DNA from: Candidatus Poribacteria bacterium | GTDB lineage: Bacteria > Poribacteria > WGA-4E > WGA-3G | Direction of reading: 5' to 3' | DNA: 64,000 bases | Assembly: GCA_965198235.1 (NCBI GenBank) | Contig: OZ240248.1 | Span: 4,736,001 to 4,800,000, forward strand | Shown: in pieces, positions 1 through 9,323 of the stretch | Numbering within the stretch: position 1 is the first letter of the stretch | Layout of the letters: each line of letters starts with the position of its first letter | Translations under genes and position numbers: made by a program | Notes under the pieces: model-generated | What the model saw: only the letters and a program-made list of their open reading frames with translations | Database searches by the model: none | Told to the model about the DNA's origin: nothing

Positions 1-292
1 TTTCAGTCGCATGACTGTCTCATCGGTGCCGGTGTTTATTAGTTATCTGACGCATAGAGCAGTCGTTGAAGTCAATGAAGAGGGCACTGAAGCCTCCACA
101 GGGAGCTTTGTTTTTTTCGACGCAGAAGTAGCCACTGTCTTAGCGGAGGACTCTGTACCCCCTATTCCATTTATTGTAAATAGACCGTTTTTTCTTGCGA
201 TTCGAGATAACCAAACAGAGACAGTGTTATTTATGGGTGTTGTTGTCGACCCAACAACAGTGAAGGAACCGCCATTCATACCGGTTAGGTAG
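1..292 (+). CDS. Serpin family protein, C-terminal part (5'-truncated by window edge)
   Basis: HRAVVEVNEEGTEA hinge and FIVNRPFFLAIRD...VLFMGVVVDP serpin C-terminal signature; frame is open to the window start. Confidence 0.9.
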   Translation, partial: FSRMTVSSVPVFISYLTHRAVVEVNEEGTEASTGSFVFFDAEVATVLAEDSVPPIPFIVNRPFFLAIRDNQTETVLFMGVVVDPTTVKEPPFIPVR

Positions 293-435
293 AATATCTT
301 TCAAGAACAAAAAGAGGAAATTAAGTGGAATAAAGCCTTCGTGTATTTTCAACATCGCAGTGGTACACCGCCGGAGATAAGCCGATTCGCCCAAAAAATG
401 TTGTAAAATCTTCCCTATCTGTTAGAATATCCTTT

Positions 436-834
436 ATGAGTAAACAAAAACCCATTATCCTCAACCAAGCGGAACTTGACTGGGAAACCTGGGACGATCC
501 AGACCTCGCTGCCAAGAGTCCAGTGCGTTGGAAAATCCTCATATCGAGTGAACGCGGACCCAGCGGTCGACTTACCACTGGAATAGCAGAGATGGCTCCG
601 GGGACCCTACTCCCGCTCCATCACCACGAACCCGAGGAGACGTATTATGTCATCAGTGGTCGCGGGCATGTGACAATAGATGATAACGAGGCATCACTTA
701 GTTCTGGGGCATCCGTCTTTATACCCGCTAATGCGAAACATTCGCTTCGTTGTACCGGCACGGAGAACCTTGTCTTTCTATTCACCTTCGCAGCAGATAG
801 GTTCGACGAAATCGTCTACCATTTCGATGCGTAG
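436..834 (+). CDS. Cupin domain protein
   Basis: LHHHEPEETYYVISGRG and IPANAKHS cupin motifs 1 and 2. Confidence 0.85.
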   Translation: MSKQKPIILNQAELDWETWDDPDLAAKSPVRWKILISSERGPSGRLTTGIAEMAPGTLLPLHHHEPEETYYVISGRGHVTIDDNEASLSSGASVFIPANAKHSLRCTGTENLVFLFTFAADRFDEIVYHFDA

Positions 835-866
835 TGTCCAGTTATCAGGCGGTTTGGGAACTCCAT

Positions 867-965
867 TATCGTGAATTAGAAAAATAAGTGGACATTCACT
901 AACCTGTGGGCGGGGTTTCTAACCCCGCCTACTTGAGTATATCAGTAATTATAGGCTTTACTATA
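867..965. repeat. Short MITE-like repeat (family A) enclosing a REP-like hairpin
   Basis: Ends TATCGTGAATTA...GCTTTACTATA resemble copies at 29842-29967 and 39766-39860; internal hairpin GGCGGGGTT-TCT-AACCCCGCC. Confidence 0.6.
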
Positions 966-980
966 AGGTAAATTATCGAG

Positions 981-1970
981 ATGTCAACGTTAAAAACAAC
1001 AGACGCTAAACCTATCATTTCCAATGCGGATGCCAGTCTGATGGACATCGGTGATGGCATCGCCCGGTTTGAACTGCATAGCAAGTTGAACATCATTGGG
1101 GACGGAATGCTGGAGATGTTTGATGCCGCGTTGGATGAGGTAGAAACCAATTGGACAGGTCTGATTGTCGCCACAGAAGCGAAGAATTTTTCGGTAGGAC
1201 TCAACCTTATTCTCCTGTTGGAGCGTGCCAAGAGCAAAAATTGGGACGCAATTTCAACGACACTCCGAAAACTACAAGCCGTTTGCACAAGACTTCGTAG
1301 GTCATCGAAACCGGTCGTCGCAGCAACAGCAGGTATGGCACTCGGCGGCGGATGTGAACTTGCATTTGGTGCTGATGCGGTACAAGCCTTTACTGAGAGT
1401 TACCTCGGTCTCGTTGAACTCCGCGTCGGACTAATTCCGGGTGGTGGTGGCACTAAGGAGATGGCACTTCGATGTCTGGAGGGACAATCTTTACCCACCC
1501 CGATTCAAAATCTGTTTCCGCATGTTCATAAGGTTTTTGAAACGCTCTGTGGCTCAAAAGTTTCGCAGAACGCGACGGATGCAGAGGAGCTTGGTTATCT
1601 TCGACACACCGATGCTATCTCATCGAATCAAGAGACACATCTTGAAGATGCCAAAGGGCTTGTGCTCTCACTGCACAAAGCAGATTATCGTCCACCCGAA
1701 CCGCCGCAGATATTTGTACTCGGTGAGGAGGGAATTGCTCGGCTCAACCTACAAACACACCTACTTCGACAGGCAGGTACGATCGACGCTTATACGCAGC
1801 ACCTCGGCAATAAATTGGCATCCGTCCTCTGCGGTGGTATGCTTTCAGCTCCACAATTCGTCACTGAACAATACCTGCTTGACCTGGAGTACGAGACATT
1901 CCTCAGCCTTTGTGGACAGCGGGAAACCCATGCAAGGATAGAGGCAACGCTCCAGAAGGGTAAAAAATAA
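981..1970 (+). CDS. Enoyl-CoA hydratase/isomerase family protein (resembles the C-terminal half of FadN)
   Basis: NFSVGLNL, GMALGGGCEL and GLVELRVGLIPGGGG crotonase motifs; EQYLLDLEYETFLSLCG FadN-type tail; overlaps the thiolase start. Confidence 0.85.
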   Translation: MSTLKTTDAKPIISNADASLMDIGDGIARFELHSKLNIIGDGMLEMFDAALDEVETNWTGLIVATEAKNFSVGLNLILLLERAKSKNWDAISTTLRKLQAVCTRLRRSSKPVVAATAGMALGGGCELAFGADAVQAFTESYLGLVELRVGLIPGGGGTKEMALRCLEGQSLPTPIQNLFPHVHKVFETLCGSKVSQNATDAEELGYLRHTDAISSNQETHLEDAKGLVLSLHKADYRPPEPPQIFVLGEEGIARLNLQTHLLRQAGTIDAYTQHLGNKLASVLCGGMLSAPQFVTEQYLLDLEYETFLSLCGQRETHARIEATLQKGKK

Positions 1971-3160
1971 TGGAAACGACACCAAACGTGGTTATCGTAT
2001 CTGCGGCACGGACAGCCGTAGGAAAAGCGGGGAGAGGGACACTCAAAAATACACGTCCAGATGAACTCGCTGCGGCTGCCCTCCGTGGTGTGATTGAGAG
2101 GCTTCCACAGTTTGATCTGGATGCCGTAGACGATGTCATCATCGGATGTGCGACACATGAGGGACCGCAGGGTTACAACGTCGCCCGTATCGCCAGTTTA
2201 CGCGCTGGGTTTCCTGTTTCCGTCCCTGCCTTGACGATCAACCGATTCTGTGCATCTGGTTTAGAGACAATAGCGATGGGTGCGGAGCAGATCCTATCCG
2301 GGCGTGCCGAAGTCGTCGTTGCTGGTGGTGTGGAGAGTATGAGTCAGGTGCCGTTTGGGGTCAATCTCTCGCCAAACCCTACACTCATAGACCACGCCCC
2401 GGATGCCTACCTCAGCATGGGATTGACTGCTGAAAACTTGGCGCGAAAGTATGATATATCTCGCAGTGTACAAGACGCTTATGCCTATGAAAGCCACCAT
2501 AAGGCGATCGCAGCGATTGATGCAGGCAGATTCAAAGAAGAAATCGTGCCGCTGATAATAGAAGAGACGCACCTCAATTCGGAAAATACTACGTCCGAAA
2601 CTACCTGCTCTGTTTTTGATACGGATGAAGGACCGCGCCGAGATACGTCGTCAGAAGCATTGGCATCTCTCAAACCTGTTTTTCATGTAGATGGAACTGT
2701 AACAGCCGGTAATGCTTCCCAAATGAGCGATGGTAGTGCTGCCGTTGTTTTGATGTCCGAGGCGCGCGCAGAAGCTGAAGGTTACAATCCGTTAGCCTAT
2801 TTCGTCAGTTACGCTACAGCAGGCGTTTCTCCCGAAATCATGGGAATCGGACCGGTCCCTGCAATCCCAAAGGCACTCGCGTCTGCTGGGTTAACTTTAG
2901 CAGATATAGATGTCATAGAGTTAAATGAAGCATTTGCTGTGCAAGTCCTCGCTGTGATTCAAGAGGCGCAATTAATACCCGAAAAGGTGAACGTCAATGG
3001 TGGTGCAGTCGCCTTGGGACATCCGCTCGGTTGCACAGGTGCCAAACTCACGGTAAGTTTGATTAACGAAATGCGGCGGCAAAATCACCGATACGGCATG
3101 GTAACGATGTGTGTCGGCGGGGGTATGGGTGCCGCTGGTATTTTCCTAAATCCGAAGTAG
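1970..3160 (+). CDS. fadA: Acetyl-CoA C-acyltransferase (thiolase)
   Basis: NRFCASG catalytic Cys, NEAFA, GHPLG and MCVGGGMG motifs. Confidence 0.93.
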   Translation: METTPNVVIVSAARTAVGKAGRGTLKNTRPDELAAAALRGVIERLPQFDLDAVDDVIIGCATHEGPQGYNVARIASLRAGFPVSVPALTINRFCASGLETIAMGAEQILSGRAEVVVAGGVESMSQVPFGVNLSPNPTLIDHAPDAYLSMGLTAENLARKYDISRSVQDAYAYESHHKAIAAIDAGRFKEEIVPLIIEETHLNSENTTSETTCSVFDTDEGPRRDTSSEALASLKPVFHVDGTVTAGNASQMSDGSAAVVLMSEARAEAEGYNPLAYFVSYATAGVSPEIMGIGPVPAIPKALASAGLTLADIDVIELNEAFAVQVLAVIQEAQLIPEKVNVNGGAVALGHPLGCTGAKLTVSLINEMRRQNHRYGMVTMCVGGGMGAAGIFLNPK

Positions 3161-3217
3161 AAAAAAGAGGCGGTGTTTCCTCCTACCTTCGGGTAGAGGA
3201 GGAAACACCGAAGACTG

Positions 3218-3463
3218 ATGAAATCCGCGAATTTGAAAGAGATATTTGAAGTGTGGAATCGCGTGAGAACTTGGGACCCAGAAATGCGCATTGACTTGGC
3301 GCGTCGGATTTTAGAGACCGTGGTCCCCTCGCGAATTCACTCCCCCCCACAAACTATGTCATTGGATGAAGTGATCGGTATTGCGAAAACGGATGCCTCG
3401 CCGCCTACTGATGAGGATTGCAAGAAAATTCTTGAAGAGGAGCGGATGAAAAAATACGGATGA
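3218..3463 (+). CDS. Small protein, probable antitoxin of the downstream PIN toxin
   Basis: 81 aa; ATGA overlap with the PIN gene. Confidence 0.65.
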   Translation: MKSANLKEIFEVWNRVRTWDPEMRIDLARRILETVVPSRIHSPPQTMSLDEVIGIAKTDASPPTDEDCKKILEEERMKKYG

Positions 3464-3882
3464 TTCACGCACTGTTAGATACAAATGTGATTTTGGATGT
3501 TTTGCTTGACCGCACGCCCTGGAGCACCGATGCTGCAGTCCTCTGGCAAGCTAAACTTGACGGGCGATTCATCGCTTGTGTCACGGCAACTTCGCTAACT
3601 GATATTTTTTACATAACCCGCCGCTACGCAGGCCGTGAAAAAGCATGGCAAGCGGTACACTCCAGTTTAGACCAATTGTCCGTTATACCGGTTGGAATCG
3701 ATGAACTACGTTTGGCAACGACGCTAGATGGAAATGATTTTGAAGACAATCTGCAAATTGCATGTGCAATAAGTAGGCAACTGGATTTGATTGTCACACG
3801 TAATTTTGCGGGGTTCCCGCGGACCAATATTCCAATCCTCACTCCACAACAAATGCTATTGAAGTTGACAAGAAGCGATTAA
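3460..3882 (+). CDS. PIN domain (VapC-like) ribonuclease
   Basis: LLDTNVILD, DFEDNLQIACA and IVTRN PIN motifs. Confidence 0.88.
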   Translation: MIHALLDTNVILDVLLDRTPWSTDAAVLWQAKLDGRFIACVTATSLTDIFYITRRYAGREKAWQAVHSSLDQLSVIPVGIDELRLATTLDGNDFEDNLQIACAISRQLDLIVTRNFAGFPRTNIPILTPQQMLLKLTRSD

Positions 3883-3899
3883 ATTTAAGGAGGAAAATA

Positions 3900-4004
3900 A
3901 TGTTTAGATATTTCTGGTTAACGATTGCTTTAATAATCGCTATGAGTGGATTGACGATTGACGCGTCTATACAAAAAGCAATTTTACTTAGGACTTACGC
4001 ATAG
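3900..4004 (+). pseudogene. Signal-peptide-only gene stub ending inside a repeat element
   Basis: Strong RBS AAGGAGG; MFRYFWLTIALIIAMSGLTIDAS... terminates within the repeat starting at 3989. Confidence 0.5.
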
Positions 4005-4110
4005 TGCTCTTTTGTAGCATAACCTGTTAGGTTGTGCAATAGGACTAACTGCGTTTTTCCAGGATCCCCAACTAATAGGGCATGCTACGGTCAAAACTGC
4101 GAAAGTCCTA
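3989..4110. repeat. MITE-like repeat (family B) with terminal inverted repeats
   Basis: TAGGACTTACGCA...TGCGAAAGTCCTA; first ~49 bp are nearly identical to the reverse complement of 53464-53512; the same end occurs at 16398-16410. Confidence 0.7.
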
Positions 4111-4229
4111 TAACAATTGAACGGATCCCCAATCGCAGTCGCGAATTGACCAGAAACCTGCCTGAAACGTGCAGGGGCTGGGTTACCCAGCCCGTACAGA
4201 AGGCAGCCCAGGAGTAATCAATTAAAAAC

Positions 4230-5243
4230 ATGCAAACTCATGTCTATCTCTCCATAGCAGGCGAAAACAGAATCGCCATTTATACACTGGATGTCTCCAG
4301 CGGTGGCATTGAATTTCGGGAAAATATCGGTGTCAGCGGTTCCCCCGGTCCGTTAGCACTCTCACCGTGTGGCAACTATCTCTATGCTGGGCTACGATCC
4401 AGTCGGGAAATCGCGAGTTTCCGTATTGACGGGGAGACGAAACATCTCACCCACTTGCGGACCGTCCAATTAGATGCAGATACCTGTTATATTGCGACAG
4501 ACAAAACCGGGAATTTTCTGCTTTCCGCCTACTACGGTGCTGGTAAGGTTACTGTGCATACTATCGGCAACGATAAGACCGTCCAAGGTGAGCCGCTTCA
4601 GACCGTTGAGACCGATATACACGCACACTGCATCGAAACAGATGCCACAAATCGATTTGCTTTTGTGCCGCATACCGTGCCTCGAAATGCTATCTATCAG
4701 TTTCAATTCGATGAAGGAACAGGCGCACTCACACAAAACCCCGTTGGAAACCTCAATCCGGGTGCCCCGATCGGACCACGGCACTTCTGCTTTCATCCGA
4801 GCAAACCGATCCTTTATTTCTCAAATGAACAAGGGTCGAGCGTCTCCGCATACACCCTTCGGGCAGAAGAGGCACCGGGAACCTTAGTAGATCTACAGGA
4901 AGATTTGTCTACACTTCCCTCGGATTTTGAGTCGGATAATACTTGTGCCCAGATTCACATTGATCCACAGGGGAAATTTCTCTATGTTTCCAACCGAGGT
5001 CACGACAGCATCGCAGAATTCGCAATCGACGAAGAGAGCGGGAAACTCAGTGTTGTCGGGCATCGGTTAACCGAACCCACGCCGCGCGTTTTCAACATTG
5101 ACGCAACCGGCAACCTTCTCTTTGTCGGTGGCCAGGGGTCAGGTAAACTCGCTACCTACCGCATCAATCGGGAAAGCGGAGGGTTGGCACCGATTGACAC
5201 CTATGCAGTCGGGGAAAGCCCGATGTGGGTGCTTTTTCTCTAA
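4230..5243 (+). CDS. Lactonase family 7-bladed beta-propeller (6-phosphogluconolactonase-like)
   Basis: HAHCI, GPRHFCFHP, LYVSNRGHDSIA and PRVFNID motifs. Confidence 0.88.
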   Translation: MQTHVYLSIAGENRIAIYTLDVSSGGIEFRENIGVSGSPGPLALSPCGNYLYAGLRSSREIASFRIDGETKHLTHLRTVQLDADTCYIATDKTGNFLLSAYYGAGKVTVHTIGNDKTVQGEPLQTVETDIHAHCIETDATNRFAFVPHTVPRNAIYQFQFDEGTGALTQNPVGNLNPGAPIGPRHFCFHPSKPILYFSNEQGSSVSAYTLRAEEAPGTLVDLQEDLSTLPSDFESDNTCAQIHIDPQGKFLYVSNRGHDSIAEFAIDEESGKLSVVGHRLTEPTPRVFNIDATGNLLFVGGQGSGKLATYRINRESGGLAPIDTYAVGESPMWVLFL

Positions 5244-5255
5244 AAAAAGAAAAAA

Positions 5256-5873
5256 ATGGTACAACACGGAACCTTTATTACATTTGAAGGTGTTGAGGGA
5301 GCGGGCAAAACCACGCAGGTGCAACGATTGGCAGACGCTCTCGGTCCGAATGTCGTGCTCACCCGTGAACCCGGCGGCACTCCAGTCGCTGAACGCATCA
5401 GGGATCTCTTTCTAACTTCCGACGGAATAACGGCAGTGACAGAATTGCTACTGATCGCTGCCGCACGCGCACAGCACGTAGATGAACTTATACGTCCCGC
5501 ACTGGAGGCAAACCAAATCGTCATCTGTGACAGATTTATTGATGCTACTGTAGCGTACCAGGGGTATCGCGGTGGCATTGACCTTGAACTTATCCATCGA
5601 TTAAATCAGACCGCTACAGGTGGCTTGAAACCCGATCTTACCTTTGTCTTAGATTTGCCGCCAGAGATCGGTTTGCAACGCCAACAGCAGGGAAGAACAC
5701 ATCGCGATCGTTTAGACAGAGAACCTTTGGAATCCCATCACAAGGTGCGCGCTGGGTATCTCGCTGCTGCGAAAGCGGAGCCACACCGCGTGAAACTGAT
5801 AGATGCGACGCAGTCTCCAGATGCTGTCCATGCGGATCTTTTAACCGAGTATCAGGAACACCTATCAAAGTAA
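5256..5873 (+). CDS. tmk: Thymidylate kinase
   Basis: FITFEGVEGAGKTT P-loop, TREPGGT, CDRF..AYQG. Confidence 0.96.
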   Translation: MVQHGTFITFEGVEGAGKTTQVQRLADALGPNVVLTREPGGTPVAERIRDLFLTSDGITAVTELLLIAAARAQHVDELIRPALEANQIVICDRFIDATVAYQGYRGGIDLELIHRLNQTATGGLKPDLTFVLDLPPEIGLQRQQQGRTHRDRLDREPLESHHKVRAGYLAAAKAEPHRVKLIDATQSPDAVHADLLTEYQEHLSK

Positions 5874-5881
5874 AGGGACAT

Positions 5882-6853
5882 TTGGAAAAAGTGCAGAATT
5901 CAATCATTGGACATCAACAGATTATTGAACAACTCCAGCGCACTGTAACATCGGGACGTATTGCCGGTGGGTATCTTTTCGTCGGACCAGCGGGAGTCGG
6001 AAAGGAGACGGTCGCTCGCCATTTTGCACAATTAATCTTCTGCCAACAAAATGCGCAACCACCAACGGTGTGTGGCACATGCCTTGCCTGTCGAAAGGTA
6101 GATTCGGGGAACCATCCTGACCTACAATTCATTCGTCCTGAAGGCAGTCTACTGAAAATAGGACAGATTCGAGAGTTGCAAAGACAAGTTATCTATGCAC
6201 CCCTTGAAGCGAGTCGGAAGATTTACATTTTGACGGATGTGGATCGGATGAATCCAGAGGCAGAGAACTGCTTACTTAAGACGCTGGAAGAACCCCCCGC
6301 GGCATCCGTTTTAATTTTAGTCACGTCAAACGCCCAAGCACTGCTCCCGACGACACGTTCCCGATGCCAAATTCTCCAGTTTCACCCAATGCTGACAGAA
6401 GAATTAGCAGAAATTTTAGTGGATAGGTTTTCAGTAGTGCCAAAGCAAGCAACAGCACTCGCAATTGCAACGGGGGGATCAATCGGAAAAGCACTCACAC
6501 AGTTTGAAAAAGGTGATCCACTCACCGAGAAAGTGCCGGAAATCCTTAGAGAGACGGATCGATTAGCCGCTTTCAGACTTGCCGAAAACTTTAAAAATAA
6601 TCCCGAAACTTTAGGCGAGTTAGTCACATGGTATCGCGACCTACTCTTTTTGCAACAAGGCGCGCCCAGCGAATTGATAACGCATATTTACTCCCTTGAG
6701 GAACTCCGAGCCATTGTTCCCTACTATTCTCGCTTGCGCATACAGCAAGCCATCCAAACCGTTTTTGACACCAAATCCCTCCTTGACAACACAAACACAA
6801 ACGCTACTTTAGCTTTAGAGGTAATGTGTTTAAAATTACTCAAAGCGTTTTAG
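5882..6853 (+). CDS. holB: DNA polymerase III delta' subunit
   Basis: GPAGVGK, CGTCLAC Zn motif, HPD, LLKTLEEPP, LLPTTRSRC; follows tmk. Confidence 0.93.
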   Translation: MEKVQNSIIGHQQIIEQLQRTVTSGRIAGGYLFVGPAGVGKETVARHFAQLIFCQQNAQPPTVCGTCLACRKVDSGNHPDLQFIRPEGSLLKIGQIRELQRQVIYAPLEASRKIYILTDVDRMNPEAENCLLKTLEEPPAASVLILVTSNAQALLPTTRSRCQILQFHPMLTEELAEILVDRFSVVPKQATALAIATGGSIGKALTQFEKGDPLTEKVPEILRETDRLAAFRLAENFKNNPETLGELVTWYRDLLFLQQGAPSELITHIYSLEELRAIVPYYSRLRIQQAIQTVFDTKSLLDNTNTNATLALEVMCLKLLKAF

Positions 6854-6873
6854 CGGAATCGGTTTGTGTGCGT

Positions 6874-7149
6874 ATGATGCCTCCAGATGGTCCTGCAGCC
6901 TGGGGCTACGATGCGATGTCGGTATTGGCTCTCGCAATGGAAAATGCAGGAACCCTGGAACCTGACGCAATTCGGGATGCTTTAACTAATATTACGGATT
7001 ATCAAGGCGCGGCTGCTATTGCCGGGTACGATGAAGATCACCATCCCATTAAAAGCGTCGCAATCCACGCAATTCGTAATGGGCAGATCGTCCTTTACAA
7101 AACGGTATCACGAACTGTAGAACGAAGAGAACTTGAGATTGACAGATAG
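6874..7149 (+). pseudogene. C-terminal fragment of a branched-chain amino acid (LivJ-like) ABC substrate-binding protein
   Basis: AAWGYDAMSVLALAMENAGTLEPDAIRDAL...YQGA resembles the LivJ-family C-terminus; N-terminal part absent. Confidence 0.6.
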
Positions 7150-7322
7150 TCCTCATAAACCCAATCTATACGGGTGTGGTTTTTAACCGCACCCCATCCT
7201 CACAATTAGCTCTTCCTAAGCTTCAACATTTACCCCCCTATTTTTAGTCCTGTAGGGACGATATTCTTATAACATCCGGAAATCGGAACTGAATCTCCTA
7301 AAGCATAACGGAGAAAGACAGA

Positions 7323-7351
7323 TTGACAGGCAGGCTTTCTCATGGTATAAT
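7323..7351 (+). promoter_or_regulatory. Sigma70 promoter of metG
   Basis: TTGACA-N17-TATAAT with TG extension. Confidence 0.8.
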
Positions 7352-7400
7352 TTTAACAAATTAAACACAGTCTAAATCAGAGCCTTAAAAAGGAAACACA

Positions 7401-9296
7401 ATGAGCACATTTTACGTCACCACCCCTATCTACTATCCCAACAGTGAACCACACGCAGGAAATGCCTATACTACTATCGCCTCCGATGTCTTAGCGCGCT
7501 ATCATCGCCTCAAAGGCGATGAGGTCTGCTTTCTTACTGGCGTTGATGAACACGCTGCCAATGTCTATAACGCTGCGAAAGAGGAAGGGCTCTCACCACA
7601 AGCTTATTGCGATAAGATCGCGCCAACGTTCGTTAAGCTGTGGGAACGCCTGAACATCTCGCATGACATCTTTTTCCGTACAACCAGCGATTTACACAAG
7701 CGCGGCGCGCAAAAATTCCTTAATGTACTCTATGACAACGGTGATGTTTATAAAGGGAAGTACGAAGGATATTACTGTCTCTCATGTGAGGAGTTCTTTT
7801 CAGAGAAAGAACTAACAAACGAAAAAATCTGTCCTGTTCATAAACTGCCTCTGCAATGGTTGGAAGAAGAGAATTATTTTTTTAGACTCTCCAAGTATCA
7901 AGACTGTTTACTCGCACATATCCAAGAAAATCCGGATTTCGTCTATCCGGCAGCTCGCCGTAATGAGTTATTAAACTTTCTGGAATCTGGATTACAAGAT
8001 GTAAGTATTTCCCGCGCTTCCTTGTCATGGGGGATTCCATTCCCGTTCGATCCGGAACATATCATATATATCTGGATAGAGGCTTTAAGTAACTATATGA
8101 CAGCACTCGGTTATGACACCGATAGTGAGCAGTACCGTACCTTTTGGCCTGCCGATGTTCATATGATGGGAAAAGACATCACCCGTTTTCACGCCCTGCT
8201 TTGGCCCGCAATGTTGATGGCTGCGAACTTACCCCTTCCCACACATATCGTCGGGCACGGCTGGTTGACAAAGGATGGAGAAGCGTTGAGTAAAACGCGG
8301 GGGATTTTTATTGATATGGATGGCGACATCGCAACTTATGGGGTTGATCCGTTCCGTTATTACCTCCTACGCGAATTTAGTTTCGGGAACGATGGCGATT
8401 ACCGTCCCGCTCGTTTGCACGCACGTTACAACGCTGATCTCGCGAACGATCTCGGTAACCTTCTCAATCGCGTCCTCGGTTTAGTCAACAAGAACTTTGA
8501 AGGGATTCCCGGACCCACGACCCCCGGTGAATTTGATGACGAAATCACAGCGATGGCACAGATGACAGTAGACAAATTAGACGAACACATAAGCGCGTTC
8601 GCGTTTGACGCAGCGTTGGAAACCATCTGGGAATTTGTCAGACGCATCAATCGGTATGTCCAACAGACCCAAGTCTGGGCGCTCGCGAAGCCTGAGACGA
8701 AACCGAGAATGGGCACGATCCTTTACAATAGTTTAGAGGCACTACGGTTCATTTCTGTATTGATCTCACCTTTTGTTCCGGACACTGCTGAGAAGATTCA
8801 GAAACAGATCGGTTTAACGGAATTTGATACTGTCGCAGAGTGGGGACGTTTACCTGTAGGATTGACAGTCAGTAAAGGAGAACCTATTTTCCCTCGTATC
8901 GATGTCAAAAAACAGAAACAATCCCAGCGAAAAGAAGCCGCGCAACCAAAACAGAAGAAAGCAAAGGGAACGTCGGGTCTTGTTTCCTTTGCTGATTTCC
9001 AAAAATTGGATCTGCGGGTGGCGCGTATCCTCAGTGCCGAACCGATTGAAGGGGCTGACCGACTCCTCAAATTGCAGGTAGACCTTGGCACTGAAAAACG
9101 GCAGATGGTCGCTGGAATTGCCGAACACTATAAACCTGAAGCATTGGTAGGTAAACAGGTAATAGTCGTCGCGAATTTGGAACCTGCCACCATTCGCAAC
9201 GTCGAGTCGCACGGCATGATTCTCGCAGGAAGCGGTGACTCCGTAGTTTTGGCAACCCTTGAAACAGAAATGCCCCTCGGCACACAGGTCAGATAG
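7401..9296 (+). CDS. metG: Methionine--tRNA ligase with C-terminal tRNA-binding domain
   Basis: FYVTTPIYY, HAGN (HIGH-like), GKDITRFH, LANDLGNL; C-terminal OB domain DFQKLDLRV... Confidence 0.96.
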   Translation: MSTFYVTTPIYYPNSEPHAGNAYTTIASDVLARYHRLKGDEVCFLTGVDEHAANVYNAAKEEGLSPQAYCDKIAPTFVKLWERLNISHDIFFRTTSDLHKRGAQKFLNVLYDNGDVYKGKYEGYYCLSCEEFFSEKELTNEKICPVHKLPLQWLEEENYFFRLSKYQDCLLAHIQENPDFVYPAARRNELLNFLESGLQDVSISRASLSWGIPFPFDPEHIIYIWIEALSNYMTALGYDTDSEQYRTFWPADVHMMGKDITRFHALLWPAMLMAANLPLPTHIVGHGWLTKDGEALSKTRGIFIDMDGDIATYGVDPFRYYLLREFSFGNDGDYRPARLHARYNADLANDLGNLLNRVLGLVNKNFEGIPGPTTPGEFDDEITAMAQMTVDKLDEHISAFAFDAALETIWEFVRRINRYVQQTQVWALAKPETKPRMGTILYNSLEALRFISVLISPFVPDTAEKIQKQIGLTEFDTVAEWGRLPVGLTVSKGEPIFPRIDVKKQKQSQRKEAAQPKQKKAKGTSGLVSFADFQKLDLRVARILSAEPIEGADRLLKLQVDLGTEKRQMVAGIAEHYKPEALVGKQVIVVANLEPATIRNVESHGMILAGSGDSVVLATLETEMPLGTQVR

Positions 9297-9323
9297 TAGG
9301 CACACTCCGTGTGCTGTGACAAG

